DNA of 51,634 bases from Desulfuromonadaceae bacterium UBA2294 (lineage in GTDB: Bacteria > Desulfobacterota > Desulfuromonadia > Desulfuromonadales > UBA2294): contig DDWE01000158.1 of the NCBI GenBank assembly GCA_002345625.1, forward strand, positions 1 to 51,634, written 5' to 3'. Below are positions 8,769 through 18,634 of the stretch, one piece after another. The notes under the pieces were generated by a model. It had not been told where the DNA came from. It worked only from the letters and a program-made list of their open reading frames with translations, and did no database searches. The position numbers were made by a program, and so were the translations under genes. Position 1 is the stretch's first letter. Each line of letters opens with the position of its first letter.

Positions 8769-9359
8769 TCAGAGCAGGCGGACGATAAAGAAGCTGCCGA
8801 TCAAAACCAGGGTCACGCCGATCGCCAACCAGTCAAAATAGCGTTCAATAAAGGCCCGCATCGGACTCCCGTAATGCTTCAGCAGCCAGGCAACAAGAAA
8901 AAAACGGCTGCTGCGGCCAACCAGCGAGGCAATGACAAAGACCGGGAACGAAAGGTTAAACACGCCGGCCCCGATCGTAATCAGCTTATACGGAATCGGA
9001 GTAAAACCGGCAGTAAAAACGACCAGAAAATCGTAGCGGGCAAACAGTTCCTGCGCCCTGGCAAAGCCCTGTGGTGAAAAACCCGGAATATAGCTGAAAA
9101 AGAAATCAGCGAGAAACTGCCACAGCAAGAAGCCGATCGCATAGCCCAAAACACCTCCGAGTACGGAACCGAATGAAGCGAGCAAGGCATAGCGCATGGC
9201 ACTGAGTGGCTGCGACAAAGTCAGCGCGATCAGCAACACATCGGGAGGAATGGGGAAGACCGAAGATTCGATGAAGGCGAGTAAAAACAGGCCGGCACCG
9301 GCGTAACGATAATCCGCCCAACCGAGCACCCAATCATACAGGCGACGCACGACTTTCAT
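8769..9359 (-). CDS. DedA/YqaA-family membrane protein
   Basis: ORF 8769..9410 trimmed to ATG 9359 (MKVVRRLYDW...), which overlaps the pcm stop (ATGA). Carries the FIESSVFPIPPDVLL motif of the YqaA/DedA family. Confidence 0.8.
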   Translation of the reverse strand: MKVVRRLYDWVLGWADYRYAGAGLFLLAFIESSVFPIPPDVLLIALTLSQPLSAMRYALLASFGSVLGGVLGYAIGFLLWQFLADFFFSYIPGFSPQGFARAQELFARYDFLVVFTAGFTPIPYKLITIGAGVFNLSFPVFVIASLVGRSSRFFLVAWLLKHYGSPMRAFIERYFDWLAIGVTLVLIGSFFIVRLL

Positions 9360-10009
9360 CAACCCTCTCCTGACCAGCCATGCTCTCCGATCAGCGGCAC
9401 AAACCGACAATCCAGAAGGGGCTCATCATCGAAACGTTGTTCACTGCGGCGTGTTATCCGATGCAGGACCTGGACTGCGCGATCACCAACCGGGATCACC
9501 AGACGGCCACCGATCGCCAATTGCCGGCGCAGTGAGTCGGGGACATGTGGCGCTCCGGCGGTTGTAATAATTGCATCAAACGGCGCCTCGTCTTCCCAAC
9601 CAAAGGTTCCATCACTGACGCGGATATGAACATTATAGGCACCAATGCCATCCAGGGCGCGGCGGGCGTTGCGAGCCAGATCGGAGATACGCTCCACGCT
9701 ATAAACCTGTCGGGCAATACGGCTGAGAATACCCGCCTGATAACCGGAACCGGTACCAATTTCAAGAACACGTTCACCTCCCTGCAACTGGAGAGCGGCC
9801 GTCATATAAGCGACGATAAACGGCTGTGAAATTGTCTGTTTGTGCCCGATCGGCAGGGGGAAATCACTGTAGGCCTGATCAGCAAGGCCCGGATCGACAA
9901 AACGTTGACGCGGCACTTCAAGCAATGCTGCCAGCGTCAGCGCATCAGTGACACCCCGACGCTTAACCTGTTGTTCAATCATCCGCCGGCGGGCGATCAC
10001 GTAATCCAT
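9359..10009 (-). CDS. pcm: Protein-L-isoaspartate O-methyltransferase
   Basis: QTISQPFIVAYM and the SAM motif VLEIGTGSGYQ. Lies between surE and nlpD. Confidence 0.95.
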   Translation of the reverse strand: MDYVIARRRMIEQQVKRRGVTDALTLAALLEVPRQRFVDPGLADQAYSDFPLPIGHKQTISQPFIVAYMTAALQLQGGERVLEIGTGSGYQAGILSRIARQVYSVERISDLARNARRALDGIGAYNVHIRVSDGTFGWEDEAPFDAIITTAGAPHVPDSLRRQLAIGGRLVIPVGDRAVQVLHRITRRSEQRFDDEPLLDCRFVPLIGEHGWSGEG

Positions 10010-10012
10010 AGA

Positions 10013-10768
10013 TCAATCCGGCTTCTGAAGATCGAAATCCCAGGTGGAGAGGACATCGAAAGAACGAAAATTGGTCAAATCGAGATGTAAGGGGGTGACG
10101 GAAATACTGCCATGACAGATGGCATGAAAATCGGTACCGGCAACATCGAAAAAATTCAGATCACCACCACCAATCCAATAATAGGCCCGGCCCCGCGGAT
10201 CGATCTTTTTTTCGACTTTGTCGCAGTAACGTCGCTTTCCCTGGCGAGTCAGCTGGACCGAGGCGGGTTGTCCAGCCGGTACATTGACGTTGAGAAAAGT
10301 ATCGATGGGTAGTCCACGGGAGTGAACGGTTTGAGCAAGACCGGCAGCGAATACAGCGGCAACCGTAAAATCTTCACGGCGGAACGTCGAAGCGTCAAGA
10401 GAGATGGCGAAGGCCGGCACACCCATCAACGTTGCTTCCATAGCGGCGGCCACGGTACCGGAGTAGGTGACATCGTCTCCCATATTACCGCCCCGATTAA
10501 TGCCTGAAACGACCAGATCGGGCCTGGTTGAGAAAAGTCCATGAATGCCAAGGTTGACACAATCGGTTGGGGTCCCCGAAATAGCAAAATATCCAGGAGA
10601 AATTTCGTCTGCGCGCAGCGGCGCGTGCAGGGTCAGAGAGTGACCGATAGCACTACGTTCGCGATCAGGAGCGACAACAACAACCTCACCAACGGTTGAT
10701 AACGCCTCGGCGAGCGCGATAATCCCCGGGGAATGGATTCCGTCGTCGTTGGTCACCAGTATCCGCAA
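10013..10768 (-). CDS. surE: 5'/3'-nucleotidase SurE
   Basis: MRILVTNDDGIHSPGI N-terminus and the GINRGGNMGDDVTYSGTV motif. TTG start codon. Confidence 0.95.
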   Translation of the reverse strand: MRILVTNDDGIHSPGIIALAEALSTVGEVVVVAPDRERSAIGHSLTLHAPLRADEISPGYFAISGTPTDCVNLGIHGLFSTRPDLVVSGINRGGNMGDDVTYSGTVAAAMEATLMGVPAFAISLDASTFRREDFTVAAVFAAGLAQTVHSRGLPIDTFLNVNVPAGQPASVQLTRQGKRRYCDKVEKKIDPRGRAYYWIGGGDLNFFDVAGTDFHAICHGSISVTPLHLDLTNFRSFDVLSTWDFDLQKPD

Positions 10769-10778
10769 AAAAAGACCT

Positions 10779-11225
10779 TTACTCCCCGGATGGGGCCTTG
10801 GACAGGGAGTTACGCAGAGCTTCGAGATCTGAACGGATTTCGTTCAGCAACCGACTATCGAGACCGGAAACCAGAGGCAAAAGCATCTGATTCGGATCAT
10901 CGGGTTCCGTTAGAGCCGATAAGGCAGAAGCCGGCTTCGGTGCCTGGGCCAGAGAGGAGTTAGCAACAGGTTTGCGACGGCTCTCTTCGCGCAATTTTTT
11001 TCGGGCACCGGCAATTGTAAAACCTTGATTGTGCAACAGGTCCTTCAGCTTGAGGACAAGTTCGATGTCCTTGCGCGTATACTTGCGCTGCTGACTGCGG
11101 CTCTTGCCTGGACGAAAATTGCCGAACTCGGATTCCCAGTAGCGCAGCACATGCGGCTTCACCCCGGCGAGTTCGGCAACTTCCCCAATTTTGAAATAGA
11201 GTTTGTCCGGGATCTGAACGTCCAT
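10779..11225 (-). CDS. MerR-family transcriptional regulator
   Basis: N-terminal HTH YFKIGEVAELAGVKPHVLRYWESEF...RKYTRKDI. Lies immediately downstream of ihfA. Confidence 0.85.
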   Translation of the reverse strand: MDVQIPDKLYFKIGEVAELAGVKPHVLRYWESEFGNFRPGKSRSQQRKYTRKDIELVLKLKDLLHNQGFTIAGARKKLREESRRKPVANSSLAQAPKPASALSALTEPDDPNQMLLPLVSGLDSRLLNEIRSDLEALRNSLSKAPSGE

Positions 11226-11244
11226 ATGGATGGCGGCGCTAAGC

Positions 11245-11523
11245 CTAACCTCCGTTTATGGCGCTTTTGAGAACCTGGCTCGGCTTGAAGGTTAAAATAC
11301 GACGCGAAGAGATCTCAATCTCTTCACCCGTCTGGGGATTGCGTCCCCGCCGTGTCGATTTTTCCTTAACGACGAAATTACCAAAACCGGCAATCTTGAT
11401 CTTCTCGCCGTCTTCAAGCGTCGACTTGATCAGATCGAATACCGTCTCGATGATTTCGGCGGAATCCTTCTTGGAAAAACCAGTTTTTTGATAAACGCTC
11501 TCTACCAAGTCAGCCTTGGTCAT
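11245..11523 (-). CDS. ihfA: Integration host factor subunit alpha
   Basis: ORF trimmed to ATG 11523 (MTKADLVESVYQK...) with an AGGAGG SD 7 nt upstream. Carries the GFGNF...RRGRNPQTGEEI beta-arm motif. Follows pheT, as in E. coli. Confidence 0.9.
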   Translation of the reverse strand: MTKADLVESVYQKTGFSKKDSAEIIETVFDLIKSTLEDGEKIKIAGFGNFVVKEKSTRRGRNPQTGEEIEISSRRILTFKPSQVLKSAINGG

Positions 11524-11747
11524 AGCCCACACCTCCTGAGTACGCACAGGCCATTGAATTTACACGGTTTTATACCACAACAAACGGCCGTACACAACCT
11601 GTTTTTTCATCTAAATGTTTCAACCGTCAATTCCGGCAAAAAACGTAGCAACTTTCTACGGACGACTGTCGCCATTGTCGAGCACTGAACCGCGCCGGCA
11701 CAGACACCTGCACACTGCACAAAACATACGACGGAGAGCCCAACCCT

Positions 11748-14153
11748 TTAGCGCAGACACGCTTTGAGGCGACTCTCCATCGAGCGGACAAGGCGGTCGT
11801 GAACCTTACTGATCTCTTCGTCAGTCAAGGTCCGCTCTGTTGAACGGTAACGAACCCGTACCGCCACACTCTTCTTCCCTTCAGGAATACCTTTGCCACT
11901 ATAAACATCAAAAATCACCGAACTTTCAATTAAGTTCGAACGAACACCAGCAATCGTCTCGGTAATAGTCGCAGCGCTGACTGACGAATCGAGCAGAAAT
12001 GCACTGTCACGATAAACATCAGGGAAACGGGAGATTGGCTGAATGCCGCTTATCGCATTGGCCTCCTGAATCAAGCTGGCAACATTGAGCTCAAACATGA
12101 AAACCGGATACGCGATGTCGTAATTCGCTAAAACTTTCGGGTGAACTTCGCCGAGCACGCCCAGACAACGATTCCGATGCATCAGTGTACACGACTTGCC
12201 GGCGTGCAGATAAGGTTCGCCGGTTGCATTTGACCAGGACGCGCCTTCAATATGCAGCACCTCAAGCAACTGCTCCACCGCCCCTTTCAAATCGTAAAAA
12301 TCGACCGGCTCCTCTGTCTGGCACCAACCGAGTGGCGCGCGGCGGCCACAGAGCACAGCAGCAAGATGCAGGGTCTCTTCCGGCAATTCCGTGCCATGGA
12401 CCGGGCGAAAAACCGGACGCAGCTCAAACAGAGACAAATCATTTGAACGATAAGCGATATTGCGTGCCGCAGTCTCCAGCAGACTCGGCAACAAAAGAGT
12501 ACGCATGACCGACTGATCTTCGGTCAACGGGTTACGAACCACGGTATGAATTCGCCGTTCATCGTCGGCCGTGAGCAGAATTCGGTCGCTCACATCGGGA
12601 TGAACAAAGGAGTAATTGACGACCTCGGCGAACCCTTCTGCAACCATCAGGTCACGCAAACGACGCACCGTCCCCTGCCCGGCCGGTTCCGGATGTCCGG
12701 TCGAACACCCGGAAGGCATCGTTACCGGAATAAGGTCATACCCATTCAGACGCGCAACCTCCTCAATCAGATCTATTTCGCGCTCAAGATCCGGGCGGAA
12801 GGTCGGCACCCCGACAACAAGCTGGTCGGCATCGGCAGCGTGCTTAACGTCAAGACCGATAGACGACAGCAACCGGGAAACTTCCGCGGTCGACAAGGCC
12901 AGACCAAGGATGGCGTTAGTGCGCTTTGTGCTGATGATCAAAGAACGGTTTTCAATTTTGCGCGGGTAAGCATCGATCATCCCCTTACTGATCACGCCAT
13001 CAGCAAGTAGGGCAATTAATGCTGCCGCACGGTCGAGAGCGACGGGGACCATATTGATATCGGCACCACGTTCGAAACGATGCGACGAATCGGTATGAAT
13101 TCCGAGACGCTTACTCGTTCTGCGAATAGCGTAAGGCTCAAACCAGGCGCTTTCCAAAAGGACGTCAGTGGTCTCAGGACGAATCTCGGAGTTCTCGCCT
13201 CCCATCACACCGGCCAGAGCGACCGGCCCCTCACCGTCACAGATAGCAAGGTCATTGGTCGTGAGCTTGCGCACCTGACTGTCGAGGGTGGTAAAAGCGC
13301 TATCACCGGGACAGCGGACAACGATCTTGCCACCACGCAGCAGACTAAAATCGAAAGCATGCAGAGGATGGCCAAGCTCCATCATCACATAGTTGGTCAC
13401 ATCGACCACATTATTGATCGAACGCAGCCCGACCGCTTCAAGCCGGCGCACCAACCACTGCGGCGACGGGCCGATCTTTACCTTTCGGATCAGACGAGCC
13501 GCATAACGCGGGCACTTATCTGCATCCAGAATCTCGACAGAGGTTTCAGTCTGGATATTGGCACCGGTCTCCTGCAACGTGGCGTGCGGCACATGCAGAG
13601 TACCGGCGACCATTGCCGCTACTTCACGGGCAACACCGACAACACTCAGGCAATCGGCACGGTTAGGAGTGAGTCCGAGTTCAAAGCGGACATCGGTCAG
13701 GCCCAAAGCCTTGAAGACAGGTTGTCCGACTTGCAGATCGGTCGGCAGGATCATGATTCCGGCTGACTCATCTGCCAAACCAAGCTCCTTCTCAGAACAA
13801 AGCATCCCCTGCGACAATTGTCCGCGGATCTTCGATTCCTTAATTTTGAAGTCGCCAGGCAGGATCGTGCCGACTGTCGCCAGAGCAATCAAATCACCGC
13901 TACGGTGGTTGGTCGCCCCGCAAACAACCTGAACTTCGCCAGCACCGGTGTCGACACGGCAGACCGTGAGACGATCGGCGTCCGGATGTTGCGTCACATC
14001 GAGCAGGCGGGCGACAATAACGCCGTCGAGGCCAGCACCGAGCTTCTCCATGACATCAACTTCAAGGCCGGCCATGGTCAGGCGATGCGACAGCTCTTCC
14101 GGTGTCAGATCAAACTCGACAAACTCCTTCAACCAATTCCAGGTGACAACCAT
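11748..14153 (-). CDS. pheT: Phenylalanine--tRNA ligase beta subunit
   Basis: 801 aa. MVVTWNWLKEFV start, tRNA-binding, B3/4, B5 and anticodon-binding regions recognisable. Confidence 0.97.
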   Translation of the reverse strand: MVVTWNWLKEFVEFDLTPEELSHRLTMAGLEVDVMEKLGAGLDGVIVARLLDVTQHPDADRLTVCRVDTGAGEVQVVCGATNHRSGDLIALATVGTILPGDFKIKESKIRGQLSQGMLCSEKELGLADESAGIMILPTDLQVGQPVFKALGLTDVRFELGLTPNRADCLSVVGVAREVAAMVAGTLHVPHATLQETGANIQTETSVEILDADKCPRYAARLIRKVKIGPSPQWLVRRLEAVGLRSINNVVDVTNYVMMELGHPLHAFDFSLLRGGKIVVRCPGDSAFTTLDSQVRKLTTNDLAICDGEGPVALAGVMGGENSEIRPETTDVLLESAWFEPYAIRRTSKRLGIHTDSSHRFERGADINMVPVALDRAAALIALLADGVISKGMIDAYPRKIENRSLIISTKRTNAILGLALSTAEVSRLLSSIGLDVKHAADADQLVVGVPTFRPDLEREIDLIEEVARLNGYDLIPVTMPSGCSTGHPEPAGQGTVRRLRDLMVAEGFAEVVNYSFVHPDVSDRILLTADDERRIHTVVRNPLTEDQSVMRTLLLPSLLETAARNIAYRSNDLSLFELRPVFRPVHGTELPEETLHLAAVLCGRRAPLGWCQTEEPVDFYDLKGAVEQLLEVLHIEGASWSNATGEPYLHAGKSCTLMHRNRCLGVLGEVHPKVLANYDIAYPVFMFELNVASLIQEANAISGIQPISRFPDVYRDSAFLLDSSVSAATITETIAGVRSNLIESSVIFDVYSGKGIPEGKKSVAVRVRYRSTERTLTDEEISKVHDRLVRSMESRLKACLR

Positions 14154-14197
14154 TGTTCAAGCCTTTTCGAGACAAGATGGTGCTAATGGTGAAATTC

Positions 14198-15217
14198 TCA
14201 AGCGAATTGCTGCAGAAAACGGACATCATTGCCAAAGAACAGGCGCAGATCACTAACGCCATATTTAAGCATGGCAATCCGTTCGACGCCCATACCGAAG
14301 GCAAAACCACTGTAAATATCGCTGTCGTAACCAACCGACTTGAACACCTCTGGGTCAATCATGCCGCTGCCGAGAATTTCGAGCCAGCCGGAATCCTTGC
14401 AGACGCGGCAGCCCTTGCCGCTACAGATCACGCACTGCATGTCGACTTCAGCACTCGGCTCGGTGAACGGGAAGAAAGAGGGACGAAAACGCACCCCGAT
14501 CTCGGCACCAAAATAGCGGGTGACAAAAGCAGTCAAAATACCTTTAAGATCGCCAAATGTCACATTGTGATCGACCAGAAACCCCTCGATCTGGTGGAAC
14601 ATGGGGCTATGAGTAATATCGGAGTCACGGCGATAAACCGTGCCCGGAGCAATCACGCGTACCGGCGGCTGGTGCTTGAGCATGGTACGTATCTGCACCG
14701 GCGAGGTATGTGTGCGCAAAACAACATCCTCACTGATATAGAACGTGTCCTGCATGTCGCGAGCCGGATGGTCCTTGGGCATATTCAGGGCTTCAAAATT
14801 GTAAAAATCCTTTTCGATCTCCGGCCCTTCAGCAACACCGAAGCCCAATGAAGCAAAAATAGCCGAAACATCCTGAGTCACTTGGGTAATCGGGTGAAGA
14901 CTGCCGAGTTGACGCCGCCGCCCCGGCAGGGTCACATCGATGCGCTCCCCTTCAATACGACGGGCAATCTCTTCTTCGCGCAGCACAGCAGAGCGCTCGG
15001 CGATCAAACTTTCCAGACTGTCCTTGACCGTATTGACCAGTGCGCCGATGACCGGACGCTCCTCAGCAGACAGAGCCCCCATCCCCTTCATCAGGGCGGT
15101 CAGCTCGCCTTTCCGGCCAAGCAGCTGTACACGCACTTCCTGCAGGACCGCATCACTCTGAGCCTGCATGACGGACTGTCGACCACTCTCCAGCAACTGT
15201 TCCAGACGTTGTTTCAT
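14198..15217 (-). CDS. pheS: Phenylalanine--tRNA ligase alpha subunit
   Basis: ORF 14198..15331 trimmed to ATG 15217 (MKQRLEQLL...), giving the usual ~339 aa. Class II motifs [12 protein letters not shown] and [11 protein letters not shown]. The upstream 38 codons lie inside terminator structures. Confidence 0.95.
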   Translation of the reverse strand: MKQRLEQLLESGRQSVMQAQSDAVLQEVRVQLLGRKGELTALMKGMGALSAEERPVIGALVNTVKDSLESLIAERSAVLREEEIARRIEGERIDVTLPGRRRQLGSLHPITQVTQDVSAIFASLGFGVAEGPEIEKDFYNFEALNMPKDHPARDMQDTFYISEDVVLRTHTSPVQIRTMLKHQPPVRVIAPGTVYRRDSDITHSPMFHQIEGFLVDHNVTFGDLKGILTAFVTRYFGAEIGVRFRPSFFPFTEPSAEVDMQCVICSGKGCRVCKDSGWLEILGSGMIDPEVFKSVGYDSDIYSGFAFGMGVERIAMLKYGVSDLRLFFGNDVRFLQQFA

Positions 15218-15248
15218 GCTTTGTATCCCATACAGGAGGGAATCAATG

Positions 15249-15286
15249 AAAAAAAGGACGATGACAGGGCGCACCCCGCATCGTTC
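15249..15286 (-). terminator. Second intrinsic terminator / possible attenuator about 30 nt upstream of the pheS ATG
   Basis: Minus strand: ACGATGCGGGG-tgcg-CCCTG(t)CATCGT, followed by CC and a T7 run. Confidence 0.55.
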
Positions 15287-15301
15287 ACGTGCAAAACCCG
15301 T

Positions 15302-15340
15302 AAAAAAAAAGAGATGAGACCGCAGCCTCATCTCTTTTTC
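15302..15340 (-). terminator. Intrinsic terminator after rplT
   Basis: Minus strand: AAAAAGAGATGAG-gctgcggt-CTCATCTCTTTTT followed by further Ts. The stem is 13 bp and the terminator reads in both directions. Confidence 0.75.
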
Positions 15341-15349
15341 GTAAAAAAC

Positions 15350-15706
15350 TTACTGCAGTTGGGCTTTGGCCTTATCGACAATTACGGTAAACGCCGAAGG
15401 CTCGGTGGCCGCCAACTGGGCCAGGATTTTACGGTCAAGACCGATCTCGGCTTTTTTAAGGCCATGAATCAGTCGGCTGTAAGTCAAGCCATTGTCGCGG
15501 GCCGCAGCGTTGATACGGGCAATCCACAACGCCCGGAAATCACGTTTTTTAACTTTACGATCGCGAAATGCATACGCCAGTGCACGGTTAACAGCTTCCG
15601 TTGCACTCCGAAACAACTTGCCCCGGGCACCCCGGAAACCTTTAGCAAGTTTAAGGACCTTGTTCCGGCGGCGTCTCGCTTTGAATCCTCTTTTTACTCT
15701 TGGCAT
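15350..15706 (-). CDS. rplT: 50S ribosomal protein L20
   Basis: [33 protein letters not shown]. Confidence 0.97.
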   Translation of the reverse strand: MPRVKRGFKARRRRNKVLKLAKGFRGARGKLFRSATEAVNRALAYAFRDRKVKKRDFRALWIARINAAARDNGLTYSRLIHGLKKAEIGLDRKILAQLAATEPSAFTVIVDKAKAQLQ

Positions 15707-15811
15707 CTTAAAACTCCTTCAAGGTTAAAAATGATGGCCCTTCCACAGCCGGACCTGCAGGGGGAGACAGTGCCCCACAGCTCTCGGCGGCCATCGAACA
15801 GATGCGATGAA

Positions 15812-16009
15812 TCAGATGTAGGGGATCAACCGGGCGATGTTCTTGGCATCGACATCGGCCACCAGAGTCCCCTGGCGCAGGTCACGCTTGCGCTTGGTCG
15901 TCTTTTTGGTCAGAATGTGGCTGGTAAAAGCTTTGTTACGGCGGATCTTGCCGGTGCCGGTTTTGCGAAAGCGCTTGGCGGCGCCGCGATTCGTTTTAAT
16001 TTTGGGCAT
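15812..16009 (-). CDS. rpmI: 50S ribosomal protein L35
   Basis: [24 protein letters not shown]. Confidence 0.95.
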   Translation of the reverse strand: MPKIKTNRGAAKRFRKTGTGKIRRNKAFTSHILTKKTTKRKRDLRQGTLVADVDAKNIARLIPYI

Positions 16010-16028
16010 AACCCTCTCCTTACAACGA

Positions 16029-16547
16029 TTATTTTTTCAGCGGGGCAACGACCATGGTCATGAAACGCCCTGCCATTCTGGGTGGCGATTCGATCAAGGC
16101 GATTTCCTTGATCTCTGCGGCTACTTTTTCCAGCAGATGTCTTCCATATTCAGGATGGGTCACTTCACGGCCACGGAACATGATCGTCACCTTGACCTTG
16201 TTGCCATCCTCCAGAAAACGCTGCACATTTTTCAATTTAAAATTGAAGTCATGCTCCTCGGTTTTAGGGCGCATTTTGACTTCTTTAAGCTCAACCCGGG
16301 CAGTCTTCTTCTTTGCCTCGGCGGCACGCTTGCTGGCTTGATACTTGTATTTACCGTAATCCATGATCCGGCAAACAGGCGGTGCGGCATTCGGCGAAAC
16401 TTCCACCAAATCGAGTCCGCGCTCTGCGGCCAGCGCCAGCGCTTCGTTGAGACCAAGAATACCGTGCTGCGTCCCCTCATCGTCGACTACGCGCAGTTCG
16501 CGCGCTCGGATCTCTTCGTTAATCCGGGTCGTTTCTTCCTTAGCTAT
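16029..16547 (-). CDS. infC: Translation initiation factor IF-3 (probable non-canonical ATA start; the ORF-track ATG is at 16577)
   Basis: (I)[20 protein letters not shown]...[25 protein letters not shown] (16559-16554) lies 6 nt upstream of ATA at 16547. The in-frame ATG at 16577 lies inside thrS and has GGAGGA only 0-1 nt upstream. Confidence 0.85.
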   Translation of the reverse strand: MAKEETTRINEEIRARELRVVDDEGTQHGILGLNEALALAAERGLDLVEVSPNAAPPVCRIMDYGKYKYQASKRAAEAKKKTARVELKEVKMRPKTEEHDFNFKLKNVQRFLEDGNKVKVTIMFRGREVTHPEYGRHLLEKVAAEIKEIALIESPPRMAGRFMTMVVAPLKK

Positions 16548-16558
16548 GGCACACCTCC

Positions 16559-18475
16559 CTACTGATAACGGCTGCATTCCTCCGCGACAAACGCAACAAA
16601 CGCCTCCGGCGTCATGCTGTCGAGGTTTCTGCCGGAACGATGACGCGGTGCCACCGTCCCCTCTTCCATTTCACGATCCCCGATCACCAGCATATAGGGC
16701 GTTTTCGCCATCTGGGCTTCGCGGATCTTGAATCCAAGTTTTTCGTTCCGAAAATCTTTCTGAACACGCACACCCGCAGCACGCAACTGAGTAAACACCT
16801 GCTCAGCGTATGCCTGCTGGTTATCTGTTACATTGACAACAACAGCTTGAACCGGAGAAATCCAGAGCGGGAAGTTTCCGGCGTAATGCTCGATCAAAAC
16901 ACCGATAAACCGCTCAATCGCCCCGAGAATAACCCGGTGCACCATGACCGGCCGATGTTTCTCGCCGTCAGCCCCCACGTAGGTGAGGTCGAAACGCTCG
17001 GGCAGGGTAAAATCGCACTGGATTGTAGCACACTGCCACTTTCTGTCAAGAGCGTCCTTAAGCTTGATATCGATCTTCGGACCGTAGAAAGCGCCGTCGC
17101 CCTCGTTAATTTCATAAGGGAGGCCGGTGTCATCAAGAGCACTGATCAACGCCTTGGTCGCCCGCTCCCAATCGACATCAGAACCGATCGATTTCTCGGG
17201 CCGGGTGGAGATTTCCAACTCATACTCAAAACCGAAAATCGCCATAACGTCGCGGACGAAACCAAGTACCCCCTTGATCTCACCGTCAAGCTGCTCGGGC
17301 ATACATAAAATGTGGGCATCATCCTGGGTAAAACCGCGCACCCGCAGCAGACCGTGCAACACCCCGGACTTCTCATGGCGATGGACCGTGCCGAGCTCAA
17401 AATAACGCAAAGGCAGATCGCGATAAGAGCGCATCTGCGATTTGTAAATCAGCATATGAGCCAGGCAGTTCATCGGCTTGACGCCGTAGCTCTGCTCATC
17501 GATCTCCGTGAAATACATATTTTCACGGTAATTTTCGTAATGTCCCGAGGTTTTCCAAAGCTCGGTGCGCAGAATCTGCGGACCCATGACGATATCGTAA
17601 CCGCGCTTGAGATGCTCACGCCGCTCAAAGTCCTCAATCAGGGTGCGCAGCATGGCTCCGCGCGGGTGCCAGATCACCAGACCGGCTCCGGCTTCGTCGC
17701 TGAAAGAGAACAGATCAAGTTCACGACCCAGCTTGCGATGATCGCGTTTCCGCGCCTCTTCAAGCCGTTCCAGATACTTGTTCAGCTCTTTTTTATCCGG
17801 GAAAGCGGTCGCGTAGAGTCGTTGCAGCATGGCGTTTTTTTCACTGCCACGCCAATAAGCACCGGCGACACTGGTCAACTTGAAGGCCTTGATGTAACCG
17901 GTCGACGGCAGATGCGGCCCTCGACAGAGATCAACAAAAGGTCCCTGACGGTAAAGCGACACCGTTGACACGTCAAGATCTTCGATCAGCTCAACCTTGT
18001 ACGCCTCGCCCATTTCACGAAACAACTGGATCGCTTCATCGCGCGTCACCACTTCACGGGTGATCGGCATATCGGAAGCGGCCAGAGTGGCCATTTTGCC
18101 CTCAATCGCAGCGAAGTCCTCTGGAGAGAACGTGTGCTTCGGGCTGTAAAAATCGTAGTAGAAGCCGTTGTCGATCGCCGGACCGATCGTCACCTGAACC
18201 TTGTCACCGAAAAGTTCCTTGACAGCATGAGCCATTAGATGGGCGGTGGAATGACGATAAACTTCTAGGCCATCGGCCGACTTCAGGGTGATCAGTGCCA
18301 ATTTGGCGTCGGATTCAATCGGGGTGGAAACATCGACCAGCGTGTCATCGACCCGGGCGGCGACAGAGTCCTTGGCCAGACGTTCGCCAATAGATCGTGC
18401 AACGTCGAGGGGAGTCGACCCCTTCGCCATCTCTTTGACCGAACCGTCCGGAAGTTCGATACGAATCGATTCCAT
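16559..18475 (-). CDS. thrS: Threonine--tRNA ligase
   Basis: TGS, editing and class II core motifs are present. Start taken at ATG 18475 ([12 protein letters not shown]...), which has a GGAG about 7 nt upstream. An alternative ATG lies 4 codons upstream at 18487. Confidence 0.95.
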   Translation of the reverse strand: MESIRIELPDGSVKEMAKGSTPLDVARSIGERLAKDSVAARVDDTLVDVSTPIESDAKLALITLKSADGLEVYRHSTAHLMAHAVKELFGDKVQVTIGPAIDNGFYYDFYSPKHTFSPEDFAAIEGKMATLAASDMPITREVVTRDEAIQLFREMGEAYKVELIEDLDVSTVSLYRQGPFVDLCRGPHLPSTGYIKAFKLTSVAGAYWRGSEKNAMLQRLYATAFPDKKELNKYLERLEEARKRDHRKLGRELDLFSFSDEAGAGLVIWHPRGAMLRTLIEDFERREHLKRGYDIVMGPQILRTELWKTSGHYENYRENMYFTEIDEQSYGVKPMNCLAHMLIYKSQMRSYRDLPLRYFELGTVHRHEKSGVLHGLLRVRGFTQDDAHILCMPEQLDGEIKGVLGFVRDVMAIFGFEYELEISTRPEKSIGSDVDWERATKALISALDDTGLPYEINEGDGAFYGPKIDIKLKDALDRKWQCATIQCDFTLPERFDLTYVGADGEKHRPVMVHRVILGAIERFIGVLIEHYAGNFPLWISPVQAVVVNVTDNQQAYAEQVFTQLRAAGVRVQKDFRNEKLGFKIREAQMAKTPYMLVIGDREMEEGTVAPRHRSGRNLDSMTPEAFVAFVAEECSRYQ

Positions 18476-18495
18476 TGCCTGCTCCATGAATGAAA

Positions 18496-18517
18496 AGAGG
18501 CATCGACTGATGCCTCT
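18496..18517 (-). promoter_or_regulatory. 9-bp hairpin between tRNA-Val and thrS (processing site, partial terminator or operator candidate)
   Basis: Minus strand: AGAGGCATC-agtc-GATGCCTCT followed by TTTCATTC, then the first thrS ATG. Confidence 0.4.
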
Positions 18518-18541
18518 CTATCGCAACGACGTAAAAAAATC

Positions 18542-18616
18542 TGGTAGGCACGCCCGGGATTGAACCGGGGACCCCTACCGTGTCAGGGTAGTGCTCTCCC
18601 ACTGAGCTACGTGCCT
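18542..18616 (-). tRNA. tRNA-Val (anticodon GAC)
   Basis: Folded by hand: acceptor AGGCACG/CGTGCCT, TA, D-arm GCTC..GAGC, anticodon arm CTACC-CTGACAC-GGTAG, T-arm CCCGG-TTCAATC-CCGGG, discriminator A, encoded CCA. Confidence 0.95.
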
Positions 18617-18634
18617 ACGTCATCAGCGCCGGTA

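Noticed and set aside
15246-15317. Plus-strand 23-codon mini-ORF ([23 protein letters not shown]) with an apparent GGAGGG SD, in the rplT-pheS spacer.
   Set aside because: Its Lys-rich content is simply the A-runs of the two minus-strand terminators read on the other strand. It is antisense to the operon, and there is no promoter evidence.
14882-16063. 393-aa plus-strand ORF spanning the pheS 5' end, rplT and rpmI.
   Set aside because: It is antisense to three highly conserved translation genes and crosses two terminators. The sequence is Arg/Gln/Pro-rich. It is a shadow ORF.
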